DNA from: Octopus vulgaris
Lineage: Eukaryota
Assembly: GCA_951406725.2 (NCBI GenBank)
Contig: OX597820.1
Location: forward strand, 59,768,001-59,832,000
Length of the DNA stretch: 64,000 nt
Reading direction: 5' to 3'
The notes beneath the pieces were generated by a model. That model searched no databases. It was not told the origin of the DNA and saw only the letters and a program-made list of their open reading frames with translations. This document shows positions 52,944 through 64,000 of this stretch, piece by piece. Position 1 is the first letter of the stretch. Every line of letters begins with the position of its first letter. The position numbers and the translations under genes were made by a program.

Positions 52944-53493
52944 TGATGCAGTACCAGGCAGTGGCTCTCATGGCTTCTGATCTTAACTGATTGGAAGTGT
53001 TATCATGTACATTGTTTTGTCTTGGTATAAAAGATGGGCTACAGCAAATATTCTGCTCAATACCACAGATTTGCTTGTCAGTTGTTTGACCTTAACCAGT
53101 TGAGCATGTCCCTTAGTGCCTGACGATATGTGCATCTCTGATCACGAGCAGAAGTAGTGGGGGAGCATCATAGCCATGTGTTGAGAGGGATTCTTTGGGG
53201 TTTGAATAGTTCACCTCTGGAAACATGGGTGGTTCTTTCAACATCCTTAAACAACCCTTATTCAGGGACCGTTTGAGCGGGATGGGCTACTCAACCTGAA
53301 GAAAATTCTAACTGGGCCCCACCTGCAAGGTCATGTGCTGTTTATCTTGATATGAGATCACCATGTCGCGCACATATGGTTGTGATGCATATGCCTGGTG
53401 TACCTTTATCAGACGGGTAGTCATGATGGGTATATTGGGCTTTGTATATTTTACCCCAGTGTCACTTTGATGGCATGAACTGCTCTCTCACTC
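52944..53493 (+). mobile_element. (TAA)n-embedded non-coding element, copy 2
   Basis: Colinear with 38431-38987. Confidence 0.85.
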
Positions 53494-53509
53494 AATAATA
53501 ATAATCCTT

Positions 53510-54105
53510 TCTACTATAGGCAGAATGTCTGAAATTTTTGGGGAGGGAACTAGTCGATCACATCGACCCTAGTACTCAACAGGTACTTAATTTATCGACT
53601 CCGAAAGGATGAAAGGCAAATTCGACCTCGATGGAATTTGAACTCAGAAGGTCTTTAAGACGGATGAAATACCTATTTCTTTACTACCCACAAGGGGCTA
53701 AACACAGAGAGGGCACAAACGGATTAAGTCGATTACATTGACCCCAGTGCTTAACTGGTACTTAATTTATCGACCCCGAAAGGATGAAAGGCAAAGTCGA
53801 CCTCGGCGGAATTTGAACTCAGAACGTAGCGGCAGACGAAATACCGGTAAGCATTTCGCCCGGCGTGCTAACGTTTCTGCCAGTTCGCTGCCTTAATAAT
53901 AGTAATAATCTTTTCTATTCTAGGTACAAGGCCCGAAATTTTGGGGGAGGAGCAGTAGATTAGATCTGGCTCAGTACGTAACTGGTACTTAATTTAATCG
54001 ACTCCGAAAGGATGAAAGGCAAAGTCAACCTCGGAGAAATTTGAACTCAGAGCATAAAGACAGAAGAATTACTGTTATGCATTCGGCCGGGCGTGCTAAT
54101 GCCAG
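53510..54105 (-). mobile_element. Cluster of SINE family B units
   Basis: Three gaaaggatgaaaggcaaagtc..cctcg..atttgaactcaga blocks. Confidence 0.8.
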
Positions 54106-54107
54106 CT

Positions 54108-54570
54108 AAGATGGGCTACAGCAAATATTCTGCTCAATACCACAGATTTGCTTGTCAGTTGTTTGACCTTAACCAGTTGAGCATGTCCCTTAGTGGCTGA
54201 CGATATGTGCATCTCTGATCACAAGCAGAAGTAGTGGGGGAGCATCATAGCCATGTGTTGAGAGGGATTCTTTGGGGTTTGAATAATTCACCTCTGGAAA
54301 CATGGGTGGTTCTTTCAACATCCTTAAACAACCCTTATTCAGGGACCTTTTGAGCGGGATGGGCTACTCAACCTGAAGAAAATTCTAACTGGGCCCCACC
54401 TGCAAGGTCATGTGCTGTTTATCTTAATATGAGATCACCATGTCGCGCACATATGGTTGGGATGCATGTGCCTGGTGCATCCTTATCAGACGGGTAGTCA
54501 TGATGGGTATATTGGGCTTCGTATATTTTACCCCAGTGTCACTTTGATGGCATGCACTGCTCTCTCACTC
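54108..54570 (+). mobile_element. (TAA)n-embedded non-coding element, copy 3 (5'-truncated)
   Basis: Colinear with the 3' 460 bp of copies 1 and 2. Confidence 0.85.
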
Positions 54571-54594
54571 AATAATAATAATAATAATAATAAT

Positions 54595-54639
<45 letters not shown>

Positions 54640-54664
54640 TCCTGAAATTATTATTATTATTATT

Positions 54665-55340
54665 CAGTAGTTTTATTTTTATAGTGTGCTTTCACTTCAC
54701 TACCGAGCGCAGCTCTGTGTGCCTTGGGTATGTGCTGTGATTTGTTGTGATGCTCTGATGCTTATTGTATGGAAAGTGTTCTGCGTAGGATGTGTGCAGT
54801 GCCTAGTAGTGCAATTTTCTGTATGTTATATGTGTTTGTAAGTCCTGGTGTTTTTGTTATGTATTTGTCTGAATATTTTTTTATCATGCCTAATGCACCT
54901 ACTATGATAGGAATTGTTTCTGTTTTCAGATTCCACATTCTAGTTACCTCTATTTCCAGGTCTTTGTATTTTGAGAGTTTCTCCATTTCTTTTAGAGACA
55001 CGTTGTCATCTGCTGGTATTGATACATCAATTAGAAAGCATTTTTTTCTTCATGATCTCTGACAACTATATCTGGTCTGTTGGCCTTAATTTCTCTATCT
55101 GTGTGTATCGGCATATCCCAGAGTATGGTTGCTTTCTCGTTTTCTGTGACCTTTTCTGGTGTGTGCCTATACCATCTTTTTTCTGTTGTTATTCCATAAT
55201 GTTGGCATAGCTTCCAATGTATGTAGGTTCCAACTCTGTCATGTCTGTGAATATATTCCTTCTTAGCCAGGACTGGGCAGCTAGAGATAATATGATTTAT
55301 TGTTTCTTGTCCATCTCCACATATTCTGCAGTTACTTGTA
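54665..55340 (-). mobile_element. R4/Dong-type LINE 3' fragment: CCHC finger and PD-(D/E)xK REL endonuclease
   Basis: CRICGDGQETINHIISSC...YIHRHD...ILWDMPIHTDREIKANRPDIVV...LIDVSIP..KEMEKLSKY...IIVGALG; 3' end joins (TAA)n. Confidence 0.92.
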
Positions 55341-56075
55341 ATATTTCTTTTTTTTTCTTTTCATTACATGTTTTTGGTAATTTCTGGTGGGGAGGCTTTG
55401 GTCTTGTGCTGCAATTAAAAATTAAAAATTATTATTATTATTATTATTATTATTATTGAGGCGGCGAGCTGGCAGAATCGTTCTGAGTTCAAATTCTGCC
55501 GAGGTCAACTTTGCCTTTCATCCTTTCGGGGTCGATAAAACAAGTACTCCTCCCTCAAAATGGTTGCCCTAATGGCTAAATTTGAAACCATTATTATTGA
55601 GTTGTATTTGATTTATCTAAATTTAAGGCTCGCCGAAATTATTTGGTAGGCCGAAAATCGCCCCGCTGGAGGCTACACAACCATAAAAGCCAGTAATAGA
55701 TTCCTGGTGTTTCTATTCACAACTTGGAATAAAGTAATTATTGAAAAAGGACACCAATTGTAGTGTAAATAAATATTTTGAACTGAACTTACTTGGAGCG
55801 TTCGAATGTGTTCCGCAGCAAATATGATAACAACAACAACAACAACGGTAATAATAACAACAACAATATCAACAATAATAACAATCCATTCTATTATAGG
55901 CACAAGGCCTGAAATAGACCCCCCCCCCAGTACTCAACTAGTACTTAATTTATCGAGCCCGAAAGGATGACAGGTAAAGTCAACCTCGGCGGAATTTGAA
56001 CTCAGAACGTAGCGACGGACGAAATACCGCTAAACATTTCATCCGGTGCACTAACGAATCTGCCAGCACGCCGCC

Positions 56076-56148
<73 letters not shown>

Positions 56149-56153
56149 TAATA

Positions 56154-56209
<56 letters not shown>

Positions 56210-56959
56210 AATAATTGCTCGAAATTTTGGCACAAAGCTTGCAATTTTAGATAGAGGAGCATGGTCAATTACGTCGACACTATCACTTAACTGGTAAAGG
56301 TGTGTGGCTTCGTGGTTAGGTATTCGGCTCGTGACCGTAAGGTCGTGAGTTCAATTCTTGGCGGCGTATCCTGTCCTTGAGCAAGACACTTTGTTTCACG
56401 TTGCTCAAGTTCATTCAGCTGGTAAAAACGAGTACTAGCCTTGTGACATTCTGTAATTTCACGAATAGGCTGTTCCGTTGATCGGTCCAACTGGAACCCT
56501 CATCGTTGTAGCCGACGGAGTGCCAGCATTACTTGACTGGTACTTAATCTTATCGACTCCAGAGCGATGAAACTTAAGTTGACATTGGCGAGATTTGAAC
56601 TCGGAGCATAAAGTGTAGGAAAGGTTTTAAATTTTAGCACAAGATCAGTAATTTTAGGAGAAGATCGAGAAGGTGATTACATTGACCCCCAGTACCCAAC
56701 TGACACTTAATTCATTAGCACAGAAAGGATGAAAGGCAAAATCGACCTCGGCAGAATTTGAAAATAAAATGGAAAAAGTGTGTCAGTATATAATGTGTGT
56801 GATTATTTAGTGGTTATTTAAGAGTGTCAGTCTCGAGCACGATTCGAAACGGCTAATCGAAGCATCTGTTGTTTACATCACAGTTTTGTCAATCAACATA
56901 ACCCATGGTACCAGAACATCCAGACATTATTCGCATAGAACCGTGGAAAGTAAGTCTTA

Positions 56960-57180
56960 GTTTGATTCTTCGCAACCTTAAAGATTCCGCTTGGGCATTC
57001 ATAACAAACAAGGCACAGCGCCAGACTTTAGCTCGTGTAGGGGTATTTTTACCCACTCCGGTGTTTACGCACGGCCAGTTATACGTCATTATGAGTAGAG
57101 CAACAGACTCCAGTAATTTGAAAATTAGTGTCAACCAAACAGAAAATATCGTCTACAAAGAAGTTGTGTTACCATATTGA
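56960..57180 (+). mobile_element. Helitron/PIF1 helicase C-terminal fragment
   Basis: AWAFITNKAQRQTLARVGVFLPTPVFTHGQLYVIMSRAT...TENIVYKEV. Confidence 0.8.
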
Positions 57181-57203
57181 TATTATCGGAAGGATAATAT
57201 CAA

Positions 57204-57435
57204 AGGCGGCGAGCTGGCAGAAACGTTAGCACGCCGGGCGAAATGCTTAGCGGTATTTCGTCTGCCTCTATGTTCTGAGTTCAAATTTCCGCCGAGGTCG
57301 ACTTTGCCTTTCATCCTTTCCGGGTCGATTAAATAAGTACCAGTTACGCACTAGGGTCGATGTAATCAACTTAGTCCCTTAGTCTGTCATTGTTTGTCCC
57401 CTCTATGTTTAGCCTCTTGTGGGCAATAAAGAATT
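57204..57435 (+). mobile_element. SINE family B, full-length monomer
   Basis: ggcggcgagctggcagaaacgttagcacgccgggcgaaatgc...gtgggcaataaagaa; flanked by a short duplication gatattatcg(g/a)aagga. Confidence 0.9.
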
Positions 57436-59149
57436 AGATATTATCGAAAGGAATATGATTCAAGATTTAAATAAGGAAATTTGTGAACTTTGAATATATA
57501 AGAATATAAACAAGCGTAAAATAACGTAAACAACTAGAATAAAAGTATATCTAAATAACATCTAAAAATATACTTTTGTGTAGTGGTCGAAGGAATCTCT
57601 GGCTTTCGTTAGGCATGGTCCATATAACCATTCATGATACAGAGGCTGGAAGCCTATTTCAGTTCAGGAGTGAATCGTCATCACATGTCACTTTGTCGCA
57701 AACACATGTCATATAACTGCAACAGGATGCTGTATCACCAACAATAATGTGATTTCTCTAAGACATCACCCAGTAATCTATCAAGTCCATTTACACATTT
57801 CTCAATACATACTGCTGTTATGGTTTCCCTCCCTCATTTTATGCTTCCAACGTAGATGGGTAGAGTTGCTAATTAAAATAATGATAATAATTAAAAAAAG
57901 AATGCTATTACCATTTATCAAACAGTAGTTAAAGAAACACTTGAGAAGGAAATTAACATATTTTACTGGAAAATATTCTAGAGATTCTAGGATATTTAGA
58001 ATCAAGACATTTAGAATCGAGAGATTCTAAATATTCAATCTTAGGTGAAGTGACTGCGAATAAAAATTTATAACACAAGCACAAGACCACATATTTAAAA
58101 AAAAGAAGAGAGTGTTGTCGATTGTCACAACTTGGTCCCACGAGATTTGAACTCAACATACAAAGGAACGTAACAAACGTCGCAATGTATTTACCCAGTA
58201 ATTCCCATGATTCTGTCAATCTGACGCTTTTGCCAATGCCTATATTTATTTCTAACATAATCACGAAGCCTTAAATTTAGGGAAAGGAGTAAAAATGGAT
58301 CTCCCTCGGTTTGGAAGATGAGTACTCAGTTATTTGATTAACCGAATTACCTCCTTATCGAATTGGTTTGTTATGACTGAGTATTCCACAGATACGTGTA
58401 GCCTTGACATAATTCGGAGGTAGAATCAACGTGACAGATTTTGACAAGTTGAGGACCAAGAAATGAGGCTTCACTACTTTCTAGTTTTGACACTTTATCG
58501 TTGCCAGACAATGAAAAAGTTAATGGAGGACAGACAGTGGTAGCAAAATCGATCCCAGTGGAATTTGAACTCAAAACATGAATACGGACGAAATGCCGCT
58601 AAGCATTTTGCTCGGCGTACAAACTACACTGCCCGCTCGCCGCCCTAGTCTGACATGTAATAAATGGCAACAATAACGAATTAGGAGACAAATTGTAAGA
58701 GGTATGCAAATGACAAGATTTTAAAGACTACACTAATGGTCTATTACACAGTAAAGCAGGCATTCTCAGAGGTTATTCTATGCTTTTTGTGTTGCCCAAT
58801 GTGGGAAATGTTAACAGGCCACTTCAGGTATATCAGTTTCTTATACAAGTGGTAGGCGGTCAAAGATCGGAGTGATTTGACCCAACCTAGTCGGTGGTTT
58901 CTCACATATTTTGCGTGTCTCAATATATTGTATAAGGCTTTTTTTCTCCCCCCCCCCACTTTTTTTTATATAACTTTATTTAGTTTGCATATATTTCGTA
59001 AAAACAATGTATGCGTTTTAATCGTACGACTGCATAGACTTAGTGGCAAGATAAATAATAGATAAACAAAATATAAATTGTTGTTGTTATTCAAAAGCTA
59101 TTACATGCTCGTTTAATTAACCAGGTTGTTATCCTGAGATATGGTGACA

Positions 59150-59410
59150 ACAGATCTCGTATCTCGAGAATCTTTCTCAGGATTCTTGCAGAATACAAGC
59201 TGACTCTTTTCTGCAGGTTGACAGAACATGTTTCAATTCTAATATCCTTTATCTCAGCTTCTTGGGTATCAGTTTGAATGCCGGGTGCACCAGTTATGGC
59301 GGGGAATAATTATCATCGTTGTGTTCCACAATCGCTTCATCTCTCTGGCTTGCTCATGATATTTCGCAATTTTCTCAATTTCTTTGATATCTACTCTACT
59401 GTCATATAGT
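59150..59410 (-). mobile_element. Older R4/Dong-type LINE REL 3' fragment
   Basis: YDSRVDIKEIEKIAKY...AREMKRLWNT...IIP, IIGAPG-like, YSARILRKILE across frames. Confidence 0.7.
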
Positions 59411-60498
59411 ATTACAAAGTCTTTTACTAGTTTTATTTATTTTTGTTTTCTATGGTCATATTTGATCTCCTTGTTTCAATAATATGGTCAATAGGATAGA
59501 AAACCTCATAAAACGGCAGTATGTGAAAACAAAACTGAGTACTTGTACTTGCGGCGGCATTCACACGAGCTGGGTTGAGCTGGTTCCATCCAACGGGTTC
59601 ACAACATCCTTCGCGAATACCGGCCATATCCGAGGGTCAGTCACAATCAGGCTGTTTGCAGCCCCAAAACATATACCCTGCTGCGGACACCATTGCTGCA
59701 GTCAGAGATGATCATAAGTCTACTAGAATTAGGGCTGACCTGGGACTAAACAACAACAAGTTTACTCTCACAGAACTACAGTTTTTTTTAAATGTCTACG
59801 TCTTCAATCACTACTACAATGGCAATGGTTTCTGCTCCTTCGAGCTAGCTATATGCTTATTCATTCAACCCACACGTCGTTCTTCGTCCTCTCACATCTG
59901 TTGTATCTTGTCTTTTATATTTCTTTACAAAATTCTTTTCCCCCGTATAATACTTCCTACCTATGGAATTACAGGAACTGTGAAATAACCTCACAAACAA
60001 TTCCAAAACCCATCGCAAAATATTATTAACTCACGAACTAATAAGTAGAGCCTTTACATAGTTACTCGACCTGCTAGAAATATCAGTCAAATCTCCCTCA
60101 AATCCCAACCTATGACTGAATAATGTATAGTTTAGACCTGCATACACATAGCCTTAAAAGAAGAGGGAATGGTCTTGGCCTAGATGCTTTTGACCGCAGG
60201 TCTGCATATCTACATTTGTGTTCAAAATACCCCTCCGTAGAAGACTTTGCCTTTTCTTTAGTGAGTGAGTTTCTACGACCACGAAAATAAATATCAACTT
60301 TGCACTGATGTTCGCGTAAGCTGCCTACCGCTCACCCCCGCTTCATTTTTTGTAAATCACTCATTCTCATTTAATTGTATATATTTTAATTGTTTGTTTA
60401 TTCATACATTTCGTCTCATTCGATACCCTGACCCCAATGTTTGTTTTGTCTGTCTTCGTATCGTCCCCTCTTTTTGTCAACCTTATGGTGAATAAAGA

Positions 60499-60584
<86 letters not shown>

Positions 60585-61574
60585 CTCAAATATTGGGACC
60601 TTGTGCTCCTTGCGTCAAAAAGGCGTGACATATTTGAGGAGTGGAAGTTTATATGTGTACATTGTATTGTGATATTTATGAGAATGGTGGCAAACTCAAC
60701 CATTACGCCGGGTGGTACAAATTCTAACTACGTCACTGTCTCGTGTCAATATAAGAAACATTATTTACAGCTCAGTAAATAATGTTTTCTTATATTGACA
60801 TACAGAACCTCCATATTTACTGTAATCTATCTGCTACTTTACATAGGCATTAAAGCGCATATCCATATTGTTGATGGGGAAGTAGCATCCATGCCTCGTA
60901 GCTATCTGTTGGTCGATTTCCAGTCGGGAATTTCTCTGTGGAAGAACCATTCGTATGTTCAATCCGTTTCCATGGACCACTCAATGGCTTGTAGTGTTCG
61001 ATCCATCATCAAAATGTTGCAGTCTCGGGAAGTATATGCCATTTTATGAAGTGTGAGATTTTTTCTTTGATGTGTTTGGGAAAAGTGGGTGAGCTGTCAT
61101 TGTTTAGTAAAACCCTTTGGAATCGCGTAGCGCCGACGGCTTTACCGACTGTATTGATGCATCTGTTATATATCTGGTATATTTCAAGAAAAACTACACT
61201 AATGTGTGTGTTTGTGTATGTGTGTGTCTGTGTGTCTGTGTGTCTATGTCTGTGTGTGTGTGCCTGCGTGCGCGTGTGTGCGCGTGCGAGTGTGCATATG
61301 TACGACGACTTAGAAATTTTTGGCTTGATACCCAGATGCACATCTCGCCTATCAAGATGTGCTGGACTCTAATCCGTGGCGAAAGCAGTTGATCCAGGAG
61401 ATGGAAAACTCTAACAGAAAAACCTGAAGTATATTGTTCGAGGAGTTTGTGGTAAAGATTTGCGCTGACCTTTTGCTATCAGCATTTCCCCCAAAAGTGT
61501 GGCTGGTCCTGCACGAGCAAAAACTTTTGAAAAACAAATCATCTGTGTGGTTAGTTTAACGACTATAATATTGG

Positions 61575-61785
61575 TTTCAAATTTTGGCACAAGGCTAGCA
61601 ATTTCGGGGCGGGGGTTAAGTCGATTAAATCGACCCCAGTGCTCAACTGGTACGTATTTTATCGATATCGAAAGGATAAAAATCACAGTCGACACCGGTG
61701 ACATTTGAACCCAGAACGTAAAGACGGACGAAATGTCGCTAAGTATGTCCGGCATGCTAAAGATTCCGCCAAACTCGCCGCCTTA
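61575..61785 (-). mobile_element. SINE family B, degraded
   Basis: aatcgaccccagtgctcaactggtac...gaaaggat...ctcgccgcc. Confidence 0.7.
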
Positions 61786-61851
61786 TTTAACGGCTATAAT
61801 ATTGGCTGTTAGGCCCTCATAGGTCGATGTCAGCGGGAGAATCCACCATCC

Positions 61852-61922
<71 letters not shown>

Positions 61923-61964
61923 AATCAATGTATATGGTTGTCTATCTATCTATACATGCATACA

Positions 61965-61998
<34 letters not shown>

Positions 61999-63129
61999 CA
62001 TACATACATACATACATACATACATACATACATACATACATACATACATACACACTGCCTAAATACCAATCTTGAGAAATTAGGCTTCTCAAAACTAGAA
62101 AGGAGAAAGCTAATTGAAGGCTACAGATCCAGTCCATCACTGGAACTGTAATAATCTCTAAAACTTTCCAGAAGTTTGTCATTTAAATATGTATGAGCAT
62201 GTCTAGATATGTAACTACATGCATGAGAATACATTATTATTCATACATACATATATACATCTGTTACCTTTTACTTCAGTCATGAAACTGCGGCCATACT
62301 GGGGCAACACCTTGAAGAATTTTAGTCGAACGAATCGACCCCAGTACTTATTTTTTTAAAGCCTGGTACTTATTCTCTCGGCTTCTTTCCTATGTATATA
62401 CAAACCTTGAAATCTAAACAGCAATCTGTTGAATATCTGTGAATGTGTAAAACAGAAAATTCAGTACAGGCGCACCCTCACAGGTTCTTGTGCACTTACA
62501 GTTTGACCTTGGTGCTAAAGAGGTTCGCTTGCTAGAAGAACCGGCTAAATTTCCTGCAAATCACAACCTACATTGAAGCAGTTGGAACGGTCACGGCTGA
62601 AACGCACAGTAAGGTTTGACCTGAGGCTACAAGAAAATATCACATCAATCTCTACGCACAACCCACATTTGTTTATGCTTACTAATACGATCGCACATTC
62701 AATCACTTAACGACACACCAGAATACATATATATCAGCCTATATACCCTCATTCACATTCTGCATGCCATCCACACCTACTTGAGCATTCGTATACACAT
62801 GTAAAGGCCTACACATACATACAGTTTACTCACACACCCACCAAGTCACTAACTCACAAACATAAACACAAAAACTTATATATATACACACGCATAGCAC
62901 GCATTCAAACGTTTGTTTATTTACACATTTACCCATATATATGCACATATACACTCACGCACATATTTTCAGGCCGACACATATGTGCATATATATATAT
63001 ATATATATATATGCAAAGACAAGAACGCATACACATACACAAAGAAACATCAACAAAAGACATACAATACAGAAAGACCACACAGTGGAAGATACACACA
63101 TATTCACACATGTACACACACACAGATAC

Positions 63130-63610
<481 letters not shown>

Positions 63611-64000
63611 TAGTCGGTTGACTTTATCGTCGTAAATCTTATGTTATAAGAATGTTTTCAACACTTAGTTGTTAACGCGACTCTGTTGAAATGAAAGAAG
63701 TAATTTCAGTGTTGGGAATCTCTACGAAAAACTATATCATCCCATGGGTTATGGTGATAACACATATTCGTGTGTGGTTCTTTCTAATTACGTCACACAG
63801 CCACCCACTTCCGTTTCCGGTGCTTTACAAATGCAACTGAATGCATTTATACATTTCCGTCCTTTCTTTGTACTGCCTTTGCTTTTTGGGGTTTTTTTTC
63901 CCAATAAGTTATTCAGAGGGGGAGTGCTGTAAAGAAGCTCGCTTTGCGACCACATGAGTTCGGGATGAGTCCCATTGTGAGACACCTTGGATTCGTGTCT

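Overview
AT-rich, microsatellite-saturated animal DNA with no confidently identifiable host protein-coding exon, so intergenic or inside a very large intron. The repeat landscape suggests an octopus (coleoid cephalopod) genome, which is an inference. It comprises three tRNA-derived SINE families, R4/Dong-type restriction-like-endonuclease LINEs in (TAA)n arrays, Tx1/L1 and CR1 LINE fragments, a Gypsy LTR+PBS+gag stub, Tc1/mariner and Tigger-like relics, Helitrons, and Merlin- and Mutator-like MITEs. Almost all ORFs in the supplied track are microsatellite read-through. The most striking unexplained signal is non-coding: about 10 unrelated, minimal type I hammerhead-ribozyme motifs (CUGANGA-stem II-GAAA-palindrome-UH) on both strands, mostly next to (TA)n tracts, of the kind associated with Penelope-like elements and retrozymes. 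They include a C3G/G8C core-swapped variant (41859-41909) and one at the apex of a ~470-bp fold-back (17808-18283). Another lies in a 429-bp terminally redundant unit (33088-33602), one has a ~175-nt AT-rich stem II insert (20182-20390), and two are 35-36-nt minimal motifs. All calls and alignments were made by eye and none of the ribozymes has been tested.
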